A DNA stretch of 64,000 bases from Lepidodermella squamata. Taxonomy: Eukaryota; Animalia; Gastrotricha. Positions 1-12,796 of this stretch are shown here, piece after piece. Location of the stretch: positions 2,418,001 through 2,482,000 of the forward strand of contig JBLDXI010000004.1 of the NCBI GenBank assembly GCA_047495785.1, read 5' to 3'. The notes below the pieces were generated by a model. It was given only the letters and a program-made list of their open reading frames with translations. It was not told the DNA's origin and did not search any database. The first letter of the stretch is position 1. Each line of letters begins with the position of its first letter. Position numbers and translations under genes: made by a program.

Positions 1-2584
1 AAGCCAATCAACAAGTTCTCGAGCTTGGTTTTCATTAGATTTTCTCGCCAGAGCCAACACATCTTCCCCAGCCCAGGTCAATTGATCGCGAGTTCCATTA
101 GCAGCCGACACTAAATACTTTACAAATTCCAATTGCCCGTATTTAGCCGCGAAATGAATTGGCATCATGCCAAACTGTGCTTCCCGCGCAAACACATTAG
201 CTCCTTTTGAAATTAACAGCCGGGCTACATTCGTTTTGCCAAAATTAGCAGCCCGATGAAGCATTGTCACGTTATTTCCTACCCTAGCAATGTTTACATC
301 AACTCCTTTTTTGAGGAAAAAATCGACAATTTCGTCATAACCAGCCGCAGCAGCTTGATGGCAGGGCAGATTGCGTTTTGCCAAGTCCTCTGCATAGATT
401 ATACTTGCATTCACCTGAACGAAATACTCGACAATAGGCAGAGTGGAAGTTTTGGCGTAGCAAGCTGAATGGATTGGCATGTCCTGCAAATCTTTCGTAG
501 ATCTCGCGAAAATATCAGCCCCCCGTCCTACTAGGTACTTCACGAGGCCAGATTTCGCGAAGCTCGCAGCCCAATGAAGGGGGGTTCGTCCGAATTCTGA
601 ATCTCGTTGGTCGATTAGGGAAGCGTCTTGGTCCAGCATAAAATCTAAAGCTTCGATGTTACCCTTGGCGCAGGCCTGGTGCACGGGGGTTGTTCCATGG
701 CTGTCGAACATTGAAATCAAATTGCGACCCATGATCGGCCACAACAGCTGCAGGGCTTCTTGTCTTCTGTTCAGAACCGCGTAGCCGAGAGGGGAGGTCT
801 TTTCTTCGTTGTCCAAAAGGATAGATTGCCAAGTTGATGGGCTGATTAGCACGTCCTTCGGGACCATTGCCATCAGATCTTCTATCGATCTTGTATCGCC
901 AGATTTCGCAGCAAGTATCAAATTATTAAGCTGTGCAATGTTCGATGAAAACTTGGGCTTTTCTTCCAGTTCAAATTCAAACCTCTTCTTTGTAGGCTCC
1001 TATAGAAGGTTCAGCTATTCTTTGTCCTTCAGTTGTTTGTACGGTTGTAGGCTTCAACGTTGTAGTTGTAGTTGTAGTTGTAGTTGTGGTAGGTCTAGCT
1101 TGGTTAGACCGGGGAACGAATAATCCAATCCAATTTGAGATGTTGCCGCAAATTCGAGTTTGAGCCATGCATGAAATAGAGCTGGGTGAATATACGCCAA
1201 TTTGGATATAGCGGCCGTTGCTTTTACAAAAGATTGGGCTTCCTGGGTTTCCGGCGCAAGAACTGCTTGTACATAATTGTACCTCGGAGGAAAAATTGAT
1301 GCGGCTATCAACTGATTGGCAGGTTTGGTTCGGCAGTATAGAAATGTTCAGCTTCTTCAATACTTTTGAACTATCTGTAAGTGTTTAGCAACGTCATTTA
1401 CACTTTATCATCGAAGGGAAAGATATCTTGAGACCATGAGATCTTAAGTTGGGGAGTGCGCCAAATTGAAAGCTCTAGCGCTAAATGTCCCCAAAGTTCC
1501 CGATTGATAGACCCGAATTCAATATTCAATACCAAACTGTTCCTCTCATTGAGAGGAGTCTATCGATAAAAGGAATTTTAGTGCTCCAGTTTTCGCTGAG
1601 TTACGACTAGTTTAAAATAATTCAAGTTACAGCGTGCCCCATTTTTCAAGTTTGCAACTTTTTCAGGAAAATTTGCTAGCTGTTTTTAATCAGACCAACG
1701 GGAAGAATCATCAAACAGCGCAGAAAATAAATATCTATCGGAGGAAACCCGGAAAACCCCGATGGCAAATGTTTCGGTAAATTTCGGTATTATACCCGTG
1801 GTATAACCTAATTTCTCTTTCCTAATTTATGTTAACGGAAAAATCGAAAATAAAAGTTAAGAAGTTACTTATGGGACACGCTTCAATTGTCAGTCACATA
1901 CATCTGAAAATTCTTGCAATAAATTACTCTCAATGCGAGGAATACTTTTCTATATAACTCGAGCAGAAGTGAAATTCAATTTTATACGAAATGTTCAGTA
2001 ATTAGCTTGAGATGGCGCTTGTCATTAGAGCTACGAGGTAAGACAGTTACATTATAGTTGCATGAACCTGTTTCACTCCAGCTGACGATGGATACATCGG
2101 AGCAGTTTCCGACAGCTGCAGCACATTGAGAATCACTCGGCATATCAATCGAATCGATAAAAGAAGATTCAGGTGACAGGTTAACAGGCGCCGAAAGCCT
2201 AATCAAAGCCGCATCAAACCGCTTCGTCGCTCGATCGTAATTTGGATGAACATAAATTCGGCTAGACTCTCGAAGCTGCTCACCAGGCTCATTTAGCTGC
2301 GCAAAATCGTATCGGCCAAGCCAAGCTCGAGCCATTGTCGCATTTTGAAGGTCGCCTGAAGAGTTGGGAATGCTTACAACACAGCTGGCTGAGGTTAACA
2401 GCCATTGAGGGGCGATCAGTGAAGCGCCACATGTAACAGAAGTTGAGCCTATGGGTATGTTAGGCTTCAATTTGACTGCGAAAGGAAACTCCCCTCTTTG
2501 CTCATGGCTCGACTGAGCATTAACAAACCAAAAACTCAGAGATGACAGTAAAAACAAGCTCTTCATTACTGACAGTGTTAGCAC
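1..2584 (-). CDS. Gene B1: secreted inactive serine-protease homologue + Thr-rich linker + ankyrin repeats (3' end runs just off the window)
   Basis: Exons about 2584-2068, 1374-983 and 930-<1, joined in frame by GT-AG introns. Signal-like MKSLFLLSSLSFWFVNA. Trypsin-fold motifs are present (EFPF, CGASLI, FDAALI), but TAAHC has become TSASC and GDSGGP has become GNPGSP. The last exon is paralogous to the ankyrin ORF 7758-8723. Confidence 0.8.
1630..1882. mobile_element. Degenerate MITE-like insertion in the first intron of B1
   Basis: Imperfect inverted ends (AGCGTGCCCCAT ... ATGGGACACGCT). This intron is about 420 bp longer than the equivalent intron in B2. Confidence 0.35.
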
Positions 2585-2668
2585 GATTACACACTTTTAA
2601 GGAAAAAATTGGCGGTGTTATACAAGAAAATTCGTGATTATGCAAATGGTGATTCACTCCAACTATCT

Positions 2669-4963
2669 CTAGATAAGACCGAGAAAGATCTGTAGAAAAG
2701 CCACGACTCGTGTCGTATCCTCGCCTTGATCAGCCCGAATAGCGCAACCTAGCGGAGTTTCGCCGTTGAAATTAACCTCCTCCGCTAGCCTTGTGAAATT
2801 CTCGGAGAAGTATTTGACAACAGGCAAACGGCCGTATTCAGCTGCGACGTGAATTGGCATGGAGCCATTCCCGGCTACATTACTCCTTGCCCTGACATTC
2901 GCGCCGCTTCCGGTCAAAAATTGGACCATATCCAAATTTCCATATTTCGAAGCTGCATGAAGCATCGTCCGATTCCATTCGGTACTCCGGCTCTCGATAT
3001 TCATGCCTAGGGTTAGGAAATAGTTTACCACAGCCACGCTACCCCCAGCAGCAGCTCGATGCATAGGGAGATTTCCCTTTGAATCTCTAACAAAAGTTAG
3101 ATTAGGTTGTAGAGACAAAAAGTATTCAACGACCGCCAAATAGCCTTCTTGAGCTGCGATGTGGATTGCGTAACTTTCCCAGCCATTCAAGTTGGATTTC
3201 GCGTTCAAATCCGCTCCCTTTAGCAGCAGATATTTCACGAGGCCTAAATAGCCATAGCTGGCGGCTCCATGTAAAGGAGGCCGGCCGTATTTTCCCTCGC
3301 GTGAATTCACTAACGATGGCATTTTCTCCAACAAGAAAGCGACTGCTAGCGTTGCGTTGTTGTAAGCAGCTCGATGAATTGCTGTTGATTGGTCGTAATC
3401 TGTGAAGTTGATCAGCGCTGTACCCATGATTGGCCATAGCAAATTTAGCACATCGATTTGGTCACGCCGGGCTGCGGCTATCAAAGGTGTTTCTTTGTAT
3501 GGATTCGTTATATTCGGCGATTTCCATAGATTGGGGTCGGATAGGAGCTGGGATGGGTACTTCGCAAGAATCCTTTTAACTTGGTTCAGGACGCCAGAAC
3601 TTGAAGCTTGCAACAAAATCGAAAACTTGTCGAAATTTCCCAGTATCTTTTAAATTTCGAGCTCAGTTTTTCCGGTGACTTACCTCAGATAGCATTGGAA
3701 TTAAATCGTGTACTGTCGTGGTCCTCCTTGTTGCCGTTGCTATTGTTGTTGTTGTTGTTGTTGTTTTTGTTGTAGTCCTTTGAGTTGTAGAGATGGGTAA
3801 GCAGCTTCCAGGTTGGGTCCAAGTTCCATTTCGTGAGCAATTGGTTGTCGAAGGTCCAGATCGAATGTAACTAGAATTGCACTGAAGGACAGCAATAGAC
3901 CCAATTGAAGAATTCGAACCCGAAAGTCGCCCGTTTGGAATAGTTGGTAAAGGTCCACAACCTAGGAAACATTACAACAAAGTTTGATTGTTTCACATTT
4001 TTGAAATTTGATGAAATTAATTAAATTTCAAAATTGAATTTGTTTCAGACCTTGAGGCCTGCTGGATCCATTGATTATTTGATTAATCCATGGCAGAGCT
4101 TCGCAAACTCTTGCATATATGGCAGGTGTAGGCGTAAAAGCACTGCATTTCGAATCACCATAGCTAACTATTCCCAACTGGTACAGACTTCCATCGTACT
4201 TTTTGCAAACCAACGGCCCACCCGAATCGCCAATGCATGTATCCCCATTATCCGGACCCCCGCCAGCACAAAACATGGACTTGTGGAAAGGGATTGATGG
4301 AAACGCTTCGTGGCACCATTCGCTGTAAGACCTAGTATCTAAGTAGACCTTTTGCAGAATTTTCGCCGTTCTATTTGTTTCAACATCGACAACGCCCCAA
4401 CCCATTGCCACTGCTGTTTGGCAGTTATCAACAACTATAGCATCTTCGTAGTATTCTGGATTGCAAACCGAGTTGTCTGGCAAAGGCAATTTGTTGATTT
4501 TCGATTTATCAGTCAAATTCGCTTCAGTTCTCAGTTCGATGAGAGCTAGATCGAATCGCTTCGTCTCGCTTTGGAACCCTGGATGGATGTAAATTTGCTT
4601 CGATACGACAAATTGCTCGCCAGGCTCGCGGAGCTGGAAGTCGTATCTTCCTAGACTGGCTTCAACTGCCGCCGCAGCAATTGCTTCCCCGGTGTACCTA
4701 TCAGTGATTTTGACGCAATGTGCAGCAGTCAGGAGGAAGTTCGCTGAAATAACCGAGGCGCCGCATGATCCTAAAGGTTTACCTGCCCCGTCTCGAATTG
4801 TTAAATAAGCGATGAATGGAAACTCGCCGGGTTCAGCACTAACCCCATTAAGGATACGGTTCGTAGCTCTGAAATCGCTGCTAATGGTTAATTGTAAATT
4901 GAAGAGATGAATGCATAGGTTGGCTAAGAGTTGGCAAGATCTGACACGGCTTTTCGTGTTCAT
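2669..4963 (-). CDS. Gene A1: secreted trypsin-like serine protease + sushi/CCP domain + Thr-rich linker + ankyrin repeats
   Basis: Exons 4963-4051, 3961-3684 and 3625-2669. Activation site R|ILNG. Catalytic triad motifs TAAHC, FDLALI and GDSGGP, with Asp at the S1 position (DTC). Exon 2 reads CGPLPTIPNG...C...Y...C..NGTW...C (CCP). Exon 3 has about 8 ankyrin repeats. Splice positions are conserved in A2. Confidence 0.85.
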
Positions 4964-5480
4964 GCTGACGATAGTAATCTGCGTAATAAAATTTTGCTTA
5001 TGCGTAATAAAACATGAGTTAAATGCCGCCGTTTATGTCGTGGAAATCTTTATTTCTTTATATGCCGCCATTGTGCACCCAGCAGTTGTAATGCAATGGG
5101 CATACCATGGCTACACGCCTACAGCACTCCAAAGCCCAAAAAGTCATTCAAATCATTGCAACCGCTCGATTCTTGAATAAATTCCATTATCTGGATGCGT
5201 TGACTTGTATTCTGTGTGATTAGTGATTAAAGATTGATAGGCAATGCGCAATACCTGAACGCTGAATTCGGTCAAATTATATAACATTGGAATGCTTTAA
5301 ATTTAGGAAGGCATTAGTCCTTTTAGAAACAGGAGAAGGTTAAGTAATTTTTAGAAGCAGAAGGCTAAAAAGCGAATTAGTGTCTCCAAACCACGATTAA
5401 ACATTAAATACATTAATTTTCTGACTTGATTGATGATTTTCTGTCTGTGTAAGACTATGTACGAACACTACGTAAGACCT

Positions 5481-5603
5481 ACAGTAGGGCTGAGGTGTGG
5501 CGACATCCTAGCTTCGGGATTCCAACCAGAGGAAGGGTGAAAAATCACAGGGGGACCCTTTGGTTTGCTGAAAAACACCTCAGTTCCAGGATTTTATTTC
5601 GCA
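5481..5603 (-). repeat. Partial copy of a dispersed MITE family (cf. 49981-50144)
   Basis: The reverse complement aligns with 49986-50130 (AAAGGG..CCCCTGTG.TTTTTCA.CCTTCCTCTGGTTGGA core). Confidence 0.6.
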
Positions 5604-7280
5604 GAGATACGGCGATTCATATTTAGAGTAAGCTAGTAGTTAGGGATAACATTAGGGTTTGGTCTTTGAATAGTTCATTTTATTTAAATGAATTATTACT
5701 CTTGCGGAACTGTCGTTATCTGAACTAACGCTACGGATTAGTTGTAGAACCGAAATTTGACTCTAATTTACTTTTTAATTTGAAATTACATTTATAAATT
5801 GTTAATTAGTAGTAAATATGTCAAAAGATGTTCACTCAAATTTCAGTAAAGCCATATAGCCATCCCCCTTGTAAAAATGGACGATGCTACGGAGCAGGCC
5901 TGTAATGCGCCTGTAAAGCTGGCTGGGCTGGGGCCACCTGTAATCAACGTGAGACAACATTCTTTCCTATCATTGCTTTGAAACAAACTAATAGCCTGTT
6001 GATCAGAGATCTGTGGGTCTGTGACTTGCCCGACTACGGCTTACTGCACCGCACCTAACACTTGACAAATGGAGGACTGGTGCCGGTTGTGAAAAAGGCA
6101 AGTCGAAGTAGCCCCTGCTGCATTGATAGGCGAAGCTACTAGGGCAAATACCACTTTGGAGCAAACAGAATGACGTGAAAAGTGTCGCGTAACATATGCG
6201 TTTTCGAGTAGCCCGCTTCTTTCCGCTAAGCATAAATGTATAACTTATTGCCCTCTTCGTATTCCCTTTACTCAACCATAATATGCCATGTTTCTTAGTT
6301 ATGTGCGATTGTGCGGTGGCCGAGCGATGTGCGGGCAAGCTGTGTGATTGTCCTGACGGCACGCAGAGGCGAGATTGCAACAACCAGAGTGACGACGATC
6401 TCTAGATATGTCCTACAACGGACAGCCTAACTATCCTTAGGATTAGATACACACTTCACTATTCACTATTCATGCTTTGCGGACTTAATTTAGCTTCAGC
6501 TATATGACAATAATTTGGATTCTGCCAGCGGAAATACAACCTTTTTTTTATCAGCTATACTTAACGTTGCAATCTGATAGTGAATAAGTGCAATTACCCG
6601 GTCAGGCCCGTAATATATCCGAATGTTTTTAATTTTTAATGTGAAATCATTCCTCCCAGCGGTTTTTACCTCATCCTTTTTTTCATTTTTTACATTAACA
6701 CTTGTACGCCCGGATGAAGAGAATCATAGTCAAAGGTGGTCGGTCCTATTTTTGTGCTTTTGTGTTCAAATCAACCCTGGAGTCGCCATGGCTGAAGCGC
6801 CGTTCGAAAAAGGAAGCTTCTAGAAGCTAGAATACCAGAACATTTATCACAACAGCGCTGAGAAAACCAGGGAGTAATCGATCCACCCAATATTTCTAAT
6901 AACGGCGTCACCTTGTGTGGCAAGGCAGAAAAACATCAGCATCGACCCGAACCTTGCGGCAAAACCGTTGTTTCGTGCCAGTACCTTGCACCTTGCACAT
7001 CACCTGAATGAAAAAAATGCCTTCAAGTATACATGATTATTCACCCGGCGTTGTTTTATCTTGATATCGAGCGTGCTAAAATAAGCGAAGAGCCTACTGA
7101 ATCCTGAAACTCCTAAAATCCTAATTCGCTTGATATCAGCTGGGAGCTGGATTCAGGCGTGTGAGTGGGGGCAATCAAATCTAATCATTTAAAATAGAAA
7201 ACTCCCATTTTTTATTTATTCACAATTCAACAGTTTTAAGAGGTCTCTTGTAGGCTAAACAAGTTTTGAATGAAAGTTTT

Positions 7281-7343
7281 GTGGTTCGAACCTCGGCCTC
7301 CTGTACATCACTCAGCTATTTTTTCCACTGAGCAACAGAAGAC
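7281..7343 (-). repeat. tRNA-derived (SINE-head-like) remnant
   Basis: The minus strand has an A-box-like TTGCTCAGTGG and a B-box GGTTCGAACC at tRNA-like spacing, but no complete cloverleaf. Confidence 0.4.
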
Positions 7344-7757
7344 AACTGTTTTTTGTTCTCACTATTTGGTTCATATTTTCTTCTTTCATGGGAAACTTTG
7401 AATTTTTTCATTCCGAGAATACTTATTAGCTGTTTTAAGCTTCACTTTATATCGAAAGCGTGTTGGCGTATCTGTTGAGCTTCATTGCTCGGTGACTGAT
7501 TACATACACGCAATCGAATCTCACTATAGTCCAACCCCAGAACAGTTGAGCCTGCTTCAGAGACCCGTTAAAACCTGGCTTACTGCAAATACAAACACAT
7601 TCGAGTTTGTGAACGTTTAAAAATGCAATAGTATTAAGAAATAAGGAAAAAACATTTACACTGCGTTAAATCATTGCTCTTTTTACATCAACTTTTTCAC
7701 TTCTGTTTGTGCGCATCCCTTTAGTTTTGCCAGTCAGCATATTGTAAACATTAGACC

Positions 7758-9917
7758 TCAAAATGAAGCTCCGTTGGAAAGCCAATCAACAAGTTCTCTA
7801 GCTTGGTTTTCCTTGGATTTTCTTGCCAGGGCCAACGCATCTTCTCCACCCCATGTCACTTGATCACGAGTTCCATTGACAGCCGACACCAAATACTGCA
7901 CGAATTCCAATTGGCCGTATTTTGCCGCAATATGAATTGGCATCATGCCGAAATCAGTTTCCCTTGCAAAAGCATTCGCCCCTCTTGACATCAATAACCG
8001 GGCGACATTCGTTTTGCCGAACATCGCAGCTCGATGAAGCATTGTCACATTATCGCCCAGCCTACCAACATTCACTCCAACCCCCTTTTTCAGGAAAAAA
8101 TCAGCAATATCGTCATAACCCGCCGCAGCAGCTTGATGGCAGGGCAGATTTCCTTTCGCTAAGTCCTTTGCATAGATCAAACTTGAATTCAATTGAACGA
8201 AATACTCGACAATTGGCAGAGTGGAAGGTTTGCCGTAGCAAGCTGAATGAATAGCTAGGTCCTGCAAATCCTTAGTGGATCTCGCGAAAATATTCGCTCC
8301 CCTTGCGACTAAGTATTTCACAATTCCAGATTTCGCGAAGCTCGCCGCCCAATGAAGCGGGGTTCGTCCGAATTCCGAATCGCGTTGGTCGATTAGCGAC
8401 GCGTCCTGGTCCAGCATGAAGTCTAGGGCATCGACGTTACCCAGAGCGGAGGCTTGGTGGACGGGTGTTGTTCCATGGCTGTCGAACGTTGAAATCAACT
8501 GACGGCCCATGATCGGCCACAAAAGCTGAAGGGCGTCTTGTTTTCTGTTCAGGACAGCGTAGCCGAAAGGCGAGGTCTTTTCGCTGTTGTTCAAAAGGTT
8601 CGATTGCCAAGTTGTTGGGCTGAGTAGCACGTCCCTCGGAACCATTGCCAATAAGTCTTCTATCGACCTTAAATCCCCAGATTTCGCTGCTAGTATCAAA
8701 TTATCGAGCTGAAGAATATTCAATTAAAAGAAAGGGTTGTCCTGAAACTTCAAGCCAAACTTCTTCTTTGAACGCTCCAACTAAAGGTTCAATAGTTTGC
8801 TGTGCCAAGATTTGGACGTTTGTAGTTTGGGTAGTTGTAGGCTTTGATGTTGTTGTTGCGGGTCTTGTTTGGTTAGACTTTGGTGGAAGAATGACGAACA
8901 ATTTAATCCAATTGAGAATATTGCTGCAGATTCGAGTGTGAACCATGCATGAGGTTGAGTTTAGCGAGGATATTCCTATTTGGATAAAGCGGCTGTTGTA
9001 TTTGTCTTTGCAAACGATAGGGCTTCCTGGATTGCCAATGCACAAGCTGCTGGTGCATAATTGATCGGAAGAAGAATCGATTGATTGACAGGTTTCGAAT
9101 GGCAGAATAGACACGTTGAGCTTCGACAACAGTTTCGAACCATCTGAGAGTATTAAAGAACATTATTCACTCATTCTCGTAGTTCGAATGGAAATGAAAT
9201 TTTCCGAGACCTTGAGATCCTTACTTGATTTGAGCCTAATCGAGGATTCCCAAAGATTCCCGGTAGTTGTGGTTATTTTAATGACAAGTTTCTATTTTTA
9301 TGACCAACTGGCAAATCTCAACTTCGGAACCGTAGACGCGAATTCGATACTGAACGATTTCTCTCAGTGAAACGGTCTATTAGTATTAGCTACAAACTGG
9401 AGAAAGGTTCAGTACCTGTTTCACTCCAGCTGACCATAGAAATATCGGAGCAGTTTTCTATAGCTGCCTTACAAATCGAATTGCCCGGCAAATCGACTGA
9501 ATCGATGAAAGGAGATTCAGCAAGGTTAACAGGCGCAGAAAGCCTAATCAAAGCAGCGTCAAACCGCTTCGTCACTCGGTCGTAATTCGGATGGACGTAG
9601 ATTCGATTGGACTCTCGAAGCTGTTCGCCAGGCTCATTCAGCAACGCAAAATCGTATCGGCCGATCCAAGCTCGAGACGTTGTCGCGTTTCGAAGCTCAC
9701 CAAATATGTTGGGAATGCTTACAACGCAGCTGGCTGAAGTTAACAGCCATTGCGAGGCGATCAGTGAAGCGCCGCAGACAACAGAAGTTGGCTCACTGGG
9801 CAGAATGGGCTTCAATTTAACTGCAAAAGGGTATTCCCCTCTTTGAGCATTGCCAAACCAAAAACTCAAAGATAACAGTAAAAACAAGCTCTTCATTAAT
9901 GACAGATTAATTTGCAT
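7758..9917 (-). CDS. Gene B2: secreted inactive serine-protease homologue + Thr-rich linker + ankyrin repeats
   Basis: Exons 9917-9416, 9143-8761 and 8708-7758. TSASC and GNPGSP replace the catalytic His and Ser motifs. Ankyrin repeats include GRTPLHWAA and GMMPIHIAAKYG. Paralogue of B1. Confidence 0.85.
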
Positions 9918-9996
9918 GAATTGAACACGATTAACACAGCTTTAAGGAAAAAATGACGCAGTTTTACTACAAATTTCGTGATAAACAATTGATGAT

Positions 9997-12301
9997 TCAT
10001 CTTTTGGTAGGGCTGAGAAAGTTCCTTAGAAAAGCGACGACCTGAGTTGTATCCTCGCCTTGATCAGTTCGAATTGCGCAATCCAACGGAGTTTCGCCCC
10101 TGAAATTGATTTCCTCCGCCAATCCAGCAAAATTCTCGGAAAAATATTTGACCACGGGCAAACGGCCGTATTCTGCTGCGACGTGAATTGGCATAGAGCC
10201 ATTTCCGGCTATATTACTCCTTGCTCTAACATTCGCGCCTTTTACGGTCAAAAACATGACCATATCCGAATTTCCCCATCTCGAAGCTGCATGTAGCATG
10301 GTCCGATTGAATTCAGTATTCCGGCTCTCGATATTAAGGCCTAGGGTTAGGAAATAGTTTACCACGGCAATGCTACCCCCAGCAGCAGCTCGAAGCATTG
10401 GGATGTTACCCTTCGAATCCTTAACAACAGCTTGATTGGGCTGTAGAGACATGAAGTATTCAACGACCGCCAAATGGCCTTCCTGCGCTGCGAGGTGGAT
10501 TGCGTAACTTTCCCAGCCATCCAAGTTGGATTTCGCATTCAAATCCGCCCCTTTTTGCAGCAGAAACTTAACGAGGCTCAAATAGCCGTAGCTAGCAGCT
10601 CCATGTAAAGGCGGTCTGCCGTATTTGCCCTCACGTGAATTTACTAAAGACGGCATCTGTTCTAGGAGGAAAGCGACCGACAGCGATGCGTTGTTGTAAA
10701 CTGCCCGATGAATCGCTGTTGATTGGTCGAAGTCTGTGGCGTTTATCAGGGCTGTGCCCATGATTGGCCATAGCAAGTTGAGCACGTCGATTTGGTCACG
10801 GCGAGCTGCGGCTATTAAGGGCGTTTCTTTGTAGGGGTTCGTTATATTTTGCGATTTCCAAAGATCCGGGTCTGATAGGCGCCGAGATGGATATTTAGCG
10901 AGAATCCTTTTCACTTCGTTCAGATCGCCAGAACTCGATGCTTGCAACAAAATTTTGAACTTTTCATAATTTCTCTTAATTTTAACGGTGGAACTAAGCT
11001 TTTTTGACGACTTACGTCAGATAGCATAGGCATTAAATTGTAAATTGTCGTGGTCCTCAATGTTGTAGCCCTTTGAGTTGTAGAGATGGGTGTAGTCCTT
11101 TGAGTTGTAGAGACGGGTAAGCAGGTACCAGGTTGGGTCCAAGTTCCACTTCGAGAGCAAGAGATTGTCGAAGGTCCAGATCGAATGTAACCCGAATAGC
11201 ATTGAAGGAAAGCTATCGACCCAATTGAAGAATTTGAACCAACAATTCGCCCGTTTTGAATTGCTGGCAACGCTCCACAATCTAAAAAAGATTATTTTTT
11301 CAAACATTTTTGAAATTTATTGAATTTGAAAATTCAAATGAATTAAAAACTAGAAAAATTTGATAAAATCCAGATTTCCGACCTTGAGACCTTGAGGTGG
11401 TTTCATTGATAACTTGATAAATCCAGGGCAAAGCTTCGCAAACCCTCGCATAGATGCCAGGAATAGATTCGTAAGCACTGCACTTCGAATCACCATAGCT
11501 AACAATCCCCAACTGGTACAAACTTCCATCGTACTTTTTGCAGACCAACGGCCCACCGGAGTCGCCCATGCAAGTATCCCCATTATCTGGACCCCCGCCA
11601 GCACAGAAAAATGACTTATGAAACGGGATTGATTGAAACACGTCCTGGCACCATTCGCTGTAGGACCTTGTGTCTAGGTAGACCTTTTGCAGAATTTTCG
11701 CCGTCCTATTCGTTCGAATATCAACAACTCCCCAGCCCATTGCAACTGCAGTTTGGCAATTATCAACAACTATTGCCTCTTCGTAGTATTCAGGATTGCA
11801 AACAGAGCTATCTGGCAGAGGCAACTTGTTGATTATCGATTTTTCAGTGAAATTCACCTCATTTCTCAATTCTATCAAGGCAAAGTCGAATCGTTTTGTC
11901 TCGCGTTGGAACCCTGGATGGACGTAAATTTGCTGCGATTCCAGAAACTGTTCGCCCGGCTCGCGGAAAAGCTGGAGGTCGTATCTCCCTAGTCTAGCCT
12001 GAACTCTCGCAGCTAAATTTGTTTCCCCAGTGTATTTGTCGGCGATTTTGACGCAATGAGCAGCAGTTAGGAGAAAATTCGCTGAAATAACCGAGGCTCC
12101 GCATGTTCCTATAGCTTGACCCGTAACGTCTCTGATCGTTAAATGGGCGATGAATGGAAATTCGCCGGGTTCAGCACTCACTCCATTGTGGATGCGTTCC
12201 GTAGCTTGAAGATCACTGCTAAAGGTTAATTGTAGATTGATGAGGTGAACGCATAGGTTGGCTAAGAGTTGGCAAGATCTGACACGGCTTTTCGTGTTCA
12301 T
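9997..12301 (-). CDS. Gene A2: secreted trypsin-like serine protease + sushi/CCP + Thr-rich linker + ankyrin repeats
   Basis: Exons 12301-11383, 11281-11016 and 10959-9997. Motifs R|IHNG, TAAHC, FDFALI and GDSGGP. CCP exon reads DCGALPAIQNG...GTWTQPGTC. Ankyrin exon corresponds to ORF 9997-10950. Confidence 0.85.
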
Positions 12302-12796
12302 GCTAACGATGATAATCTGCTTTTTGCTGCTTTAAACAAGCATTTGTAAACATGCATGTGTTTAATTCTATGACGTCATGAATGTGATTTTAATCACAGC
12401 TATCAAGAAATTCCAACTACAGAATGTTATATTAAATAGGCCACCAGTTTACTGAAGCAGTGTGCAAGTACAGCGTGCATGGATAGACTTGAAATTGAGA
12501 CTCAATTTCGCCTAATTAAGTGTGCACACAGTGGCAAATGTGCGACTATAGAGAATTAAAGATTTCCCTTCCGAGTTCAAAACATTAAAGGCATCCATTA
12601 TTTTCTTTTATTCTATTATTATTTTATTTTATTATTAAATATTCCATATTTATTATGGAAAAGAAGTACCTATATAATTGTAGGACAAGAGCGATATAGG
12701 ACATCTGCAAATGACATAAAATCAGCGTTATTACTTCGAACAGTAATTATAAAGTTTCCTAGGTAGTGATTAAGCAATATATATTTCAATCATGTA

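Noticed and set aside
2560-2700. A and B as one fused gene
   Set aside because: A has a stop codon in both copies, no conserved splice donor precedes the spacer, and B has its own signal peptide.
3740-3958. Poly-Gln ORF in the ORF track
   Set aside because: Wrong frame. The real exon encodes the CCP domain and poly-Thr linker of gene A1.
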